A DNA stretch of 64,000 nt from Candidatus Heimdallarchaeota archaeon (GCA_030603365.1 JAUVXV010000010.1:64001-128000), one strand, 5' to 3'. Shown: positions 27,985-37,186, counted from the first letter of the stretch. Notes: a model not told the origin generated them from the sequence alone. Translations and numbers: made by a program.

Positions 27985-29676
27985 TTAGTTTAACCCTATT
28001 ATATTCCCATCTTCAGTGTAGTCCATTCTGTTTGCTGCTGGAACTGGAGGGAGTCCAGGCAGTAAGAACATGCTACCACAAATGGGAACGATAAAACGAG
28101 CACCAGTGTATAGACGAACTTCATCTACATTGAGAGTCCAACCTTTTGGAGCACCCATCAAACCAATCTTGTCAGATAGACTTAGTTGGGTTTTAGCCAT
28201 ACACATTGGAAAATCAGCGAAACCAAGTTTTTCGATGTAAGCTATATCTTGGAGAGCTTGTGGTGAGTATTCAACATCATCAGCACCGTAGATTTTGGTG
28301 GCGATTTTCTCGATTTTAACTTTAATAGGATCAGAAAATTCGTAAGCAAATTTAACGTCACCAGTTCCTTTTTCGATAGCTTCTAAAACAGCTTCGGCAA
28401 GTTCTATACCACCTTCGCCACCTTTCATGAAAACTTCACTTTCAGCAGCAGTAACACCGAATTCAGAGCACTTGTCTTTAATCCATTTAATCTCTTCATC
28501 AGAATCAAAGGGGAAGCGGTTAATAGCAACAACAGGGGGTATATTAAAGACATTAAGCATGTTATCAAGATGTTTTTCAACATTCTCGAAACCTTTAGCT
28601 AATTCATCCATATGAATATTTTTAGCTTCATCTAAATCTTTGATACCACCGTGGAGTTTGAGGGCACGAGCAGTAACAACAAGAACTACTGCGTTTGGTA
28701 AGGTATCATATTGACGAGCAACAATATCGACAAATTTTTCGAAACCAAGGTCAGCTGCAAAACCACCTTCAGTGATGGTATAATCTGCAAGCTTGAGGGC
28801 AAGCTTTGTAGCAACGATAGAAGAGTTTCCGTGCGCCACGTTAGCAAATGGGCCTGCGTGTATGAACCCTGGTACTCCTTCAAAGTTTTGTACTAGGTTT
28901 GGTTTTATTGCATCTTTCAGTATTAGTGTCATTGCTCCTACTGCTTCAATATCCCTAGCGAAGACTGGCTTATCATCATAAGTGTATCCTAATAGAATAC
29001 TTCCTAATCTTTCTTTCAGTTCTCCCACATCAGCTGATAGAGCTAAAATAGCCATAATTTCTGAAGCTGCTGTAATAACAAAGCCTGTGTTTCGGACATC
29101 ACCACCCATTCTTCTTCCACCAAGTCCAGTAATGATATTTCTTAATGCTCTATCATTCATATCTATTGCTCTTGGCCAAGTTACTTTGGTTGGATCAATG
29201 TTACACTTATTTCCTTTTGTTAAGTGATTGTCAAGCAAAGCTGCTAGTAAATTATGAGCTGAAGTAATAGCATGTAAATCTCCTGTAAAGTGCAGATTTA
29301 TGTCCCACATTGGAAAAACTTGCGAAAGATGACCTCCTGTTGCTCCTCCTTTTATTCCGAAAGTTGGACCCATACTTGGTTCTCTTAAGGCAAACATAAC
29401 TTTCTTGCCTAATCTGTTAAACGCTTGAGAAAGACCTATTGTTGTAACAGTTTTACCTTCACCTGCTCTTGAAGCAGTCATAGCTGTTACAGCGATGAGT
29501 TTTCCATTAGGTTTATCGGATTTTAATATCTTTAGCATTGTTTGATAATTTATTTTTGCTACATATTTTCCGAATTGCTCGAGGTCATCTTCTTCCAGAC
29601 CTACTTTTGCAGCAATTTCCCTAATATTTTTCATATCTTTTTGCTTTTCTTGAGCAATTTCTATGTCAGTTTTCAT
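27985..29676 (-). CDS. fhs: Formate--tetrahydrofolate ligase
   Basis: MKTDIEIAQ start at 29676; GEGKT, REPSMGP, KGGATGG, INLHFTGD, GPFANVAHG and CMAKTQ motifs. Confidence 0.97.
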   Translation of the reverse strand: MKTDIEIAQEKQKDMKNIREIAAKVGLEEDDLEQFGKYVAKINYQTMLKILKSDKPNGKLIAVTAMTASRAGEGKTVTTIGLSQAFNRLGKKVMFALREPSMGPTFGIKGGATGGHLSQVFPMWDINLHFTGDLHAITSAHNLLAALLDNHLTKGNKCNIDPTKVTWPRAIDMNDRALRNIITGLGGRRMGGDVRNTGFVITAASEIMAILALSADVGELKERLGSILLGYTYDDKPVFARDIEAVGAMTLILKDAIKPNLVQNFEGVPGFIHAGPFANVAHGNSSIVATKLALKLADYTITEGGFAADLGFEKFVDIVARQYDTLPNAVVLVVTARALKLHGGIKDLDEAKNIHMDELAKGFENVEKHLDNMLNVFNIPPVVAINRFPFDSDEEIKWIKDKCSEFGVTAAESEVFMKGGEGGIELAEAVLEAIEKGTGDVKFAYEFSDPIKVKIEKIATKIYGADDVEYSPQALQDIAYIEKLGFADFPMCMAKTQLSLSDKIGLMGAPKGWTLNVDEVRLYTGARFIVPICGSMFLLPGLPPVPAANRMDYTEDGNIIGLN

Positions 29677-29877
29677 AGTAATCATCATCATATCGAGTGT
29701 TAATTGTTTTTTTTCCGAGTTTTGCTTAAAAAGTATTTGCATAGTTATAGAAAACCAAGGTGCCGACGGATTCACTGATGGAGATGCACAGAGTGTCAAT
29801 TCATTGTTTGTCAAATAGATATGTTCTAAAATACCCGTGTTCATTGAGCCATAGAACATTATTAGTGATTATTTCAA

Positions 29878-30861
29878 ATGCAATGTGAACATCCCCAGTG
29901 CAATACTGAAGCAGATATTTTATTCTACTGTCGATTCTGTAGAGGGTCCTTTTGTCAGAATCATAGAGATGCTCATACTCATAACTGCCCCTCGCTCAGT
30001 CAACCAAGTCAGTCAACACAAGGGGCCCAACCAGGTGCACCTCAGGGTCAAGTTAGAGCAGCGGAAGTTATGCGAAAAATAGCTTATGGTGTTGCTCAAG
30101 CTGCTCAACAAGCTGCTCAACAACAAGCTCAGGCTCAGCAACCTATGCACTTTCCCGATGAGAAGAGTAAGAAGGACTTTATTGCAAAAAGACTTACTTC
30201 TTCAGGTGAGCTATTTTCTTTAGGAAATGAGGTATTAGACATACTTTTTGGTTTTACATTAATAGTTCTTGTTTTTGGTTTTTTCCAATATATCAGAGCT
30301 ACAGAGAATAGATGGTGGGGTTTTGCTATTGCTGCAATATTAGTAGGTACCGCTTTCTTACCTCACGAATTAGCTCATAAATTTGTAGCCATCAGAAAAG
30401 GACAGTTTGCTCGATATATTCTATGGGTTAAAGGAATGTTGTTTACAATGCTCACGTTAGTTTTAGGAATTGGACTAATTGTCCCAGGTTTTGTAGCAAT
30501 AGTTCCTATGAGTCGTCAAATGAACAAAAAAGACATAGGCTTGGTTTCATTTGCGGGACCAGCAATAAATGCAGTAATAGGATTTGTTAGTCTAATTATC
30601 GGTTTCTTAACTTATAGTGGCTATGCTGTTGGATTCGCAGGTCCTCTAGCTCTTTATGGTCTTTTTGGTGTTCCTAACATTTTCATCCTTGTTGCGCAGT
30701 TTAATGGTATTATTGCTTTATTCAACTGTATACCTGTTTGGCAATTAGATGGTAAGAAAATCCTTAGTTGGAATAAAATGGCTTATTTTATACTTGTAGC
30801 AATCAATCTTGCAATTGTTATTCCTACATTTATCCTAAATCCAGGTTTCCTATCAGGGTAA
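29878..30861 (+). CDS. AN1-type zinc finger fused to an M50 (site-2) intramembrane metalloprotease
   Basis: C-x4-C...C-x2-C-x4-C-x2-H-x5-H-x-C; Q/A-rich linker; HELAH, AGP and NCIPVWQLDG motifs. Confidence 0.88.
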   Translation: MQCEHPQCNTEADILFYCRFCRGSFCQNHRDAHTHNCPSLSQPSQSTQGAQPGAPQGQVRAAEVMRKIAYGVAQAAQQAAQQQAQAQQPMHFPDEKSKKDFIAKRLTSSGELFSLGNEVLDILFGFTLIVLVFGFFQYIRATENRWWGFAIAAILVGTAFLPHELAHKFVAIRKGQFARYILWVKGMLFTMLTLVLGIGLIVPGFVAIVPMSRQMNKKDIGLVSFAGPAINAVIGFVSLIIGFLTYSGYAVGFAGPLALYGLFGVPNIFILVAQFNGIIALFNCIPVWQLDGKKILSWNKMAYFILVAINLAIVIPTFILNPGFLSG

Positions 30862-30936
30862 GTGGATAAAATCATTTTCTTTCTTCTTTTATTTTCTATC
30901 ACAAAAGATAATTATGAGTAATTTATATGTGATTAG

Positions 30937-30994
30937 AGGATGAACAAGGCATTGCAGAGAGCTTTCGCTCTATGATGAATCATAGTTAGGCTGA
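30937..30994 (+). ncRNA. Box C/D dual-guide sRNA, predicted 23S rRNA targets
   Basis: AGGATGA(C)-ACAAGGCATTG-CAGA(D')-AGAGC/GCTCT hairpin-ATGATGA(C')-ATCATAGTTAGG-CTGA(D); guides complement conserved 23S sequences AAUGCCUUGU and UAACUAUGA. Confidence 0.85.
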
Positions 30995-30999
30995 TAACA

Positions 31000-32049
31000 T
31001 TAAATTTTGTCTAAAATCTTATGCCTTTCTTTTTTTAATTCTTCTAAATTACTTATGTTAAGCATTGCCAATACTGCCTTCATTTCAAGGATGTATGTTG
31101 ATAGGAATTTTCTACAATCATCTATTCCTCCCTTTCCAATGGATCTCAGAATTGGTAGAGCTAAACCAACATAATCTGCTCCTAGAAGTAAAGCTTTTAC
31201 TGCGTCAAATCCACACCACACTCCTCCTGAAGCTATAAGCTTTACGCTTTTATTCTCAGCTAATTCAACTGCATTCAACAGACTGTTTTTCGTAGATATT
31301 CCCCAATTAAGAAACTTATCAGAAAGATATTTTACTTCCTTATTACGATAATATTCTATCCGGGACCAATTAGTCCCCCCTGCTCCTGCAACATCTAGAG
31401 CATAGATTTTCAATTGGGTTAAGGTTTTTGCATCTTCTTTTGTTAACCCCGTTCCTACACCTTTAATGATAATAGGAGAATCCAATTCTTGTTTAAGATC
31501 CACAATTTTCTTTAGAGCTTTTGATTGATTTTTGTCTCCTTCACCTTGAACAAACTCTTGAAGAGGATTGATGTGGATAGCTAAAGCATCAGCTCCAATC
31601 ATAGTAATAGCTTTTTGTGCTTGTACATGATCATATCCTTGAATAAACTGAGCTATTCCTAGATTTGCAATGAGTGGGATATTTGGTGCGATATGCCTAA
31701 CCTTGTAAGTATCGACAAGCTTTGGTTCTTCAATTGCAGCTCTTTGAGATCCAACACCCATACCTATATTGAATTCACTACAAATTCGTGCAACAGATTC
31801 ATTGAAAACCCTACCATTTTCACTTCCTCCAGTCATACCTGAGACTATGATAGGGTAGTTTACTTCCTTAGATAGGAATGTAGTAGATAAATCGACTTCT
31901 TCTGAGGAGAATTGTGTTAGTAAAGTAGGCTCAATAATTATATCATCAAAACCATTTGTTATTCCACTGTATTGAACATCTGATTCTAAACAAAGTAGAA
32001 TATGGTCATCTTTCCTAGAAGAGGTTAATGATGAATCCGTCTGTTTCAT
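31000..32049 (-). CDS. fni: Type 2 isopentenyl-diphosphate delta-isomerase
   Basis: RKDDHI, GMTGG, GVGSQR, HINPLQE, GAGGTNW and ASGG motifs. Confidence 0.95.
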   Translation of the reverse strand: MKQTDSSLTSSRKDDHILLCLESDVQYSGITNGFDDIIIEPTLLTQFSSEEVDLSTTFLSKEVNYPIIVSGMTGGSENGRVFNESVARICSEFNIGMGVGSQRAAIEEPKLVDTYKVRHIAPNIPLIANLGIAQFIQGYDHVQAQKAITMIGADALAIHINPLQEFVQGEGDKNQSKALKKIVDLKQELDSPIIIKGVGTGLTKEDAKTLTQLKIYALDVAGAGGTNWSRIEYYRNKEVKYLSDKFLNWGISTKNSLLNAVELAENKSVKLIASGGVWCGFDAVKALLLGADYVGLALPILRSIGKGGIDDCRKFLSTYILEMKAVLAMLNISNLEELKKERHKILDKI

Positions 32050-32182
32050 GAATGCTAATACGATATCAGAAATATAAAGTTGTAGTTGGAAATTTCATCC
32101 CAAAAAATGTGAGCAATTTTGTATCAAACGGAAAGGTTCATAAGACTGTTACGACATATACGGAAAAAAATCAGACTTCAGA

Positions 32183-32452
32183 GTGTTAAATATGGAATTC
32201 TGCCCCGAATGTGGAAAATTATTAATCCCTAAGAAAAAAGGAAAAGCAAAAATTCTGGTTTGTCCTAAATGTGGAATAGAACTCAAACTCAATAAAGACG
32301 GTGGCTACGAAGTTCAAGATGAAGTTGAACACAAGGCCAGCGATTTAACAGAAGTAGTGGTTGTTGAAGGAGAATCTGGTTTTTCAGAAGCTGAATTAGA
32401 AGCAAGAAGAGAAAGATTTATTGAAGGAATAGACTTCTTTGAAACCGAATAA
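32183..32452 (+). CDS. RpoM/TFS-like N-terminal zinc-ribbon protein lacking the C-terminal ribbon
   Basis: MEFCPECGKLLIP...CPKCG; acidic helical tail; no QxRxxDEP motif. Confidence 0.75.
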   Translation: MLNMEFCPECGKLLIPKKKGKAKILVCPKCGIELKLNKDGGYEVQDEVEHKASDLTEVVVVEGESGFSEAELEARRERFIEGIDFFETE

Positions 32453-32473
32453 TCCGAATGGATAGAACTAACC

Positions 32474-33409
32474 ATGTCGAATTTTTTTCCTATAATCATG
32501 ATACGATTTTCAGAGATAGCAATAAAAGGTGCAAAAACACGAAAATGGTTTACAGACCGTTTAGTCTCTCACATAGACTTCTTATTGAAAGCTCATGAAG
32601 TCTTAGAGTATCAAGTAATAAAGGAATATAGTAGAGTTTTCGTAAAATCCAATGAAACTAAGAAGGTAGAGGAAGTAATTACAGCTCTTACTCCAGGAGC
32701 AGTAAGCACAAGTGAAGTATTCCAGTGTTCGTCCAAAATAGAAGACATACAACTATGTGTAAAAGAGAAATTTTTTACTAAATTCAAGAAGAATTCCACT
32801 TTTGCAGTTCAAGCAAAAAGAACAGGAAAACATCCTTATTCAAGTGTGGAACTTGGTGCAAAAATTGGAGAATTTATTTTGGATAATAATGAAGAAAAGG
32901 GATTGAAAGTAGACCTTACCACTCCAGAATATAAACTTAAGATAGAAGTAAGAGATGACAAAGCTTACGTTTTTGATACAATTAATAGAGGATTAGGAGG
33001 ATTACCTGTTGGTAGTCAAGGGAAAGTTCTAGTTTTAATCTCTGGTGAGAGAGAGGATATCTCAAATATAATTCAGCTCTATAAAAGAGGAGCAGTTACT
33101 CAAATCTACTCCTTGCAGAAAAATTCGGAAATGAATCATGAATTCAAAGAATCTATTACTCGAATCCTGAATTTTCAACCTCAATTGAGTCTTGAAGAAA
33201 AAGAAATTTACTATGTAGAGCACGAATTTGATGTGAAGCATCTATTGCATTACTATACTAAGAATGAATGTTTAGGCTTAGCGGTATCTAAGGCAGTTTT
33301 TAATAAATTAACAAATGAGCTTCCTGTATCATTACCTATATTTGTTCCTCATCTTGTTACCGAAATAGATGAAGAGGAAATATCTAAAATATTAGCAACC
33401 ATTCTCTAG
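32474..33409 (+). CDS. THUMP-domain ThiI-like protein with a degenerate PP-loop
   Basis: IRFSEIAIKG, THUMP (FAVQAKR..VDL..P) and GLGGLPVGSQG; SGGIDS replaced by SGERED. Confidence 0.85.
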   Translation: MSNFFPIIMIRFSEIAIKGAKTRKWFTDRLVSHIDFLLKAHEVLEYQVIKEYSRVFVKSNETKKVEEVITALTPGAVSTSEVFQCSSKIEDIQLCVKEKFFTKFKKNSTFAVQAKRTGKHPYSSVELGAKIGEFILDNNEEKGLKVDLTTPEYKLKIEVRDDKAYVFDTINRGLGGLPVGSQGKVLVLISGEREDISNIIQLYKRGAVTQIYSLQKNSEMNHEFKESITRILNFQPQLSLEEKEIYYVEHEFDVKHLLHYYTKNECLGLAVSKAVFNKLTNELPVSLPIFVPHLVTEIDEEEISKILATIL

Positions 33410-34024
33410 TTCTTGTCTAACTACTGAACCATTTGGTTCTTGTTCTGAAAACACTATTCCTTGGAATTTTTCAACAGATAATTTGTTGTTTTTCCATTCA
33501 TCCATAGGTAGGTAAGCTTTTCTGCATGTATTAGAAAGGAATTCTTCAGTATTCCATCCTTGTTCAACAGGAACTTGAGGCAATAACAATCCTTGATTTG
33601 GACCAAGTTTTACAATAAGTCCATCACCAGGAACTGTAATTTGGCTAAGCAATTCTTGTGGAGAGGAATATTCTATTTTTTGAGGAGGAGTCATAACTGT
33701 TACTTCAAAGATTAACTCAGCTAATTCGTGTTTCTTCACTGGCTGAAATCGAGGATCATTTAAAGTTGATGTCTTAGCTAGTTCAATAACCTCTTTGTAA
33801 AGGGGGTCTATACCAATAGGATAACCAATACATCCTCGAAGAAGATGTTCTGAGCCCTTAATAGCTTTAACTGTTACAAATACCCCTGTTACAAGTTTGG
33901 TCTGTTCAGGTATTGGTTTTAATGGTTGAGGAGTCTTATCTTCTCTAATCCAAATTTCTGCAGCATGGCGTGCTAATTTTACTAAATAAGATCCTGTCTC
34001 ATCCTCGATTTTCATCAATAACAC
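33392..34024 (-). CDS. AMMECR1 domain protein (AmmeMemoRadiSam protein A-like)
   Basis: GVFVT, LRGCIG, DPRF, GLLLPQVP and CRKA motifs. Confidence 0.93.
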   Translation of the reverse strand: MLLMKIEDETGSYLVKLARHAAEIWIREDKTPQPLKPIPEQTKLVTGVFVTVKAIKGSEHLLRGCIGYPIGIDPLYKEVIELAKTSTLNDPRFQPVKKHELAELIFEVTVMTPPQKIEYSSPQELLSQITVPGDGLIVKLGPNQGLLLPQVPVEQGWNTEEFLSNTCRKAYLPMDEWKNNKLSVEKFQGIVFSEQEPNGSVVRQELENGC

Positions 34025-34025
34025 T

Positions 34026-34487
34026 CTACTTTATTTCTTCTATAACCCTTTTAATATCTTCCCAATGGCTTCCTAGCCAGAAAATTTTTGCGCAAGAATC
34101 ACATTCCCAAAATTCATCATAATGTTTTGCAGTTCCTTCAGGTATTCTATCTAATAGCTCTTGTTTTTCCTTAAATGATAGATTCCCATTACACACACTG
34201 CATCTCATAGTTTCAGGTGGAAAAATAATGGAAAGACCTAATGATTCTCTAATTTCCTGTAATTGGCTAGAAATATCTGTTGAGGTTAGATGAATGGATT
34301 GTGTTTTCTTCTTTTCACTTAACAAAATCACTTTTTGAGATTGTGATATCAATATTCTTTTGCTTTGAAAAGATTCTTCTAACATTTCATCTATACTTTC
34401 TTTCGATCGATAAAGAGTATCGTAACCTAAAAAGCGTAAAAAACGGGCTAGTTTTCCAAGCATCGAATCTGTATAGAACTTATACAT
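34026..34487 (-). CDS. Mut7-C RNase (PIN-like) domain protein
   Basis: DSMLGKLARFLRFLGYD, RCSVCNG and C..C.KIFWLGSH motifs. Confidence 0.92.
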   Translation of the reverse strand: MYKFYTDSMLGKLARFLRFLGYDTLYRSKESIDEMLEESFQSKRILISQSQKVILLSEKKKTQSIHLTSTDISSQLQEIRESLGLSIIFPPETMRCSVCNGNLSFKEKQELLDRIPEGTAKHYDEFWECDSCAKIFWLGSHWEDIKRVIEEIK

Positions 34488-35070
34488 TACTTTCTATCAA
34501 CTCTTCCGGAGCACATCTTTTACACACGTACAGTCCCTTACTAAATATCAAACTCTCAGAATACTCTTTACAGTCATCACAGTACCCAGCAATCTCTTCT
34601 TTATCGCTAGAATCAGTTTCTTCTCCCATTACTCTGAGATATTCTTGTTCTAAAAGAATTAACTGTGGAACAACTTTGAAAATATCTGAATCTGTACAAA
34701 TCCCTACTATTTTTCCTTCTTTTCCAACTATGACAAGATGTCTGATACCATCCTTGAACATCGTTTGCATAGCTTGAATAATCGTTAAGGAAGGAGAAGC
34801 TGTTATTAGAGGTGAGGACATTACTTTTTCCACGGTTACTTCGTCCGCTCTCCTATTTAGTGCGAGAACATGTTTTATCAGATTCTCTTTTGTAACTATC
34901 CCTAGTGTCTTTCCCTCTAAATCAACGACCACAACTGAACCGATTTTGTTGTCAATCATTAATTTTGCACAAATATCTGCAGAAGTATTTGGGTGTACTG
35001 TAATAACCTTTTTTGTCATTATTTCTTTTACTGCCATTTCAAATTTTTTCTCATCAAAGACAGATTTCAA
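34480..35070 (-). CDS. CBS-pair protein with a C-terminal zinc ribbon
   Basis: Two CBS repeats; GYCDDC...CKRC. Confidence 0.9.
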   Translation of the reverse strand: MKSVFDEKKFEMAVKEIMTKKVITVHPNTSADICAKLMIDNKIGSVVVVDLEGKTLGIVTKENLIKHVLALNRRADEVTVEKVMSSPLITASPSLTIIQAMQTMFKDGIRHLVIVGKEGKIVGICTDSDIFKVVPQLILLEQEYLRVMGEETDSSDKEEIAGYCDDCKEYSESLIFSKGLYVCKRCAPEELIESNV

Positions 35071-35163
35071 TTTACAAACCTTCCATTGTTTCTATGTTGA
35101 CAAATATCGTATGTTACTTTAAAGGTTTTACACAATTTATCAATTTCTTAGAACCTTAAACAC

Positions 35164-37176
35164 TCATATCAATTCGGAATCTCCTGGTATAAAGGGGAGT
35201 ATATCATTGACCGTTATAGAATCAAATTTGTGGGTGTCCTCATCAGGACATAGTTTTAGTAGTTTATCTCTGATTTCCTTAGCAATTTTACCTTTTTGCA
35301 TATCTCCTGGCTTGATTTGTGTAAAGTATTCTGTTTTTGATTCCACGCTCTCTGTAGGACCACCAATAATTTGTACATATTGATCATAAATAATGAAACC
35401 AATGGAATGTTTTACTTCTACATTTTTGAAGTAATTTTTCGCACCATATATCATTACACTACCTTTAGAGAGATATTGTCCTGAAGGTGCAGTTAGACTA
35501 ACTTGTTCTGGTAAAACATGATATACATCACCAACCAATTTCCTGTCCTTCCAAAGACTTGAATAACTTAAAGCAAATATTGAAATTTCTTTCTTACACT
35601 CTTCGCTTAAATTATTTTGACCATCTTTTACTACTACATATGGTGCCCCATGGACATCAGCATGAAAGAATAAATCATTATCATCTAGATAGGTTTTTAG
35701 AATTCGTTCATTTGTTTTAGCATCGGTTCCACCAATGACAACAAATCCATCACATATAAACCAGTGAAACTTCTCATACCACTTCTTTGATCTCTTAACC
35801 AGCAGTGGTTTGCTTTCAATTTCCTTTTCAATAGTATCCTTCGTAGATTCAACTTCATTCAGCTGTTTCTTTGTTCTCTCTATTGCGGCAAGAGCCCCTG
35901 GAACTTTTCTACGACCTTTTTTCGCTTTTTGATAAAAAGAATTAGCACTATCAGTTAATGTTTGTGTAAAATCTAGTTCCACAATCTCTTCTTCATTAGT
36001 TTCTGGATTAGGTAATTTTACCCAGATTTGCTTGCTCTTAGGTGTTATTCTGTCTAAGATTTGTGCAGAAGGTATGTTTTTTTCCTTTCCTAAAGCCAGT
36101 TTTGCTTCTATCTCTTTCCACGAAACACCTTCTCTTCGTGCTTTGATTATAGTAGATAATAATTCATCAACAACTGCAAAATTAGCATATAGCAAGTCAC
36201 CTTTTTTCTTCTCCACTCTTTCTTGTTCTTTTAGAGTTTCCAGATGCTTTTCTTGACTAGCTAATATTTTTTGAGTTTTAAGCATTTTGCCAGAAACTTC
36301 AGTTTTATCCTTAGTATATTCTGGTTCCTCTTCAGATGGTGAAAAGAAATCATCTAAGGCTGAATCAAATGATGACACAACTTCGTGTTGCAAATCCTCA
36401 TATCGAGAAAGAGTTATTGGAGTAATGTCTACAACTTCATCCTCATCCAGATATTTAGAGTAGATGAATTTCTTGTTAACAATTATTTCTTGGAGTTTTT
36501 TTACTTCAGAAATTAGCTTCTGTTTCTCCTCATCATCTAAATCTTCAATGAGTTTTTTTTCTATTCCAGACTTTGTTACAACATCCTTAGAATAAACAGG
36601 TCCTAGCCCCATTATTTCATTCAAGAAATTTGTGATCTTTCCTTCATAATTTGTGGCTTTTTCTGCTACTTCTGCATCATTGAGATTTAAAATGTTTTTT
36701 TCAGAAGATGGGGGGAATTTATATTCTCTTCCGGGGTGGACATCTCTATCTTTCATACGTCTATAATTATATGCCAAAATTATCTTGTTGCTTGGTCCTA
36801 CTAAAACAACATTTCCTACTCCAAACAATTCAACAATAAGCTTGTAACAACCATCTTTGTAGGCTATTTCAAAAACGACAACTCTATCTAAACCTATTTG
36901 ATAAAAGTCTCTTATCGGCAAGTCTCGAATATGTTTTCTCATGGATAGAATTTTGTTATTTGGAGAGGAAGGTTTCTTCCTATCATACTTAGTTGTGTGA
37001 AATCTTTTCCCTAAATCTATAACGAGCTCAAAGGGACTTTCAGTCGATTTACGAAACCTTAATATAACCAAATTCTTCCCGATTGAATAAATATTGTTAG
37101 TCCAACTATCAATAATCCTAGGGCGTATTTCAGCCACTAAAGCAGCAATATCAATGCTTGAAAGATATGTCTTCAT
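35164..37176 (-). CDS. rqcH: Ribosome rescue factor Rqc2/RqcH (NEMF/NFACT family)
   Basis: LSSIDI, DRVV, ELFG.GN, WYEKFHWF, GGTDAKTNE, FHADVHGAP and SGQYLSKGS motifs. Confidence 0.93.
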   Translation of the reverse strand: MKTYLSSIDIAALVAEIRPRIIDSWTNNIYSIGKNLVILRFRKSTESPFELVIDLGKRFHTTKYDRKKPSSPNNKILSMRKHIRDLPIRDFYQIGLDRVVVFEIAYKDGCYKLIVELFGVGNVVLVGPSNKIILAYNYRRMKDRDVHPGREYKFPPSSEKNILNLNDAEVAEKATNYEGKITNFLNEIMGLGPVYSKDVVTKSGIEKKLIEDLDDEEKQKLISEVKKLQEIIVNKKFIYSKYLDEDEVVDITPITLSRYEDLQHEVVSSFDSALDDFFSPSEEEPEYTKDKTEVSGKMLKTQKILASQEKHLETLKEQERVEKKKGDLLYANFAVVDELLSTIIKARREGVSWKEIEAKLALGKEKNIPSAQILDRITPKSKQIWVKLPNPETNEEEIVELDFTQTLTDSANSFYQKAKKGRRKVPGALAAIERTKKQLNEVESTKDTIEKEIESKPLLVKRSKKWYEKFHWFICDGFVVIGGTDAKTNERILKTYLDDNDLFFHADVHGAPYVVVKDGQNNLSEECKKEISIFALSYSSLWKDRKLVGDVYHVLPEQVSLTAPSGQYLSKGSVMIYGAKNYFKNVEVKHSIGFIIYDQYVQIIGGPTESVESKTEYFTQIKPGDMQKGKIAKEIRDKLLKLCPDEDTHKFDSITVNDILPFIPGDSELI

Positions 37177-37186
37177 TTAAATCACG

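Noticed and set aside
22142-27985. Classical integron or provirus interpretation
   Set aside because: No integrase, attC-like array or viral genes in the window; the repeats are diverged gene tails rather than identical att sites
29677-29859. 61-codon N-terminal extension of Fhs in the ORF track
   Set aside because: Family similarity starts at MKTDIEIAQ (29676); the extension would fill the divergent promoter region
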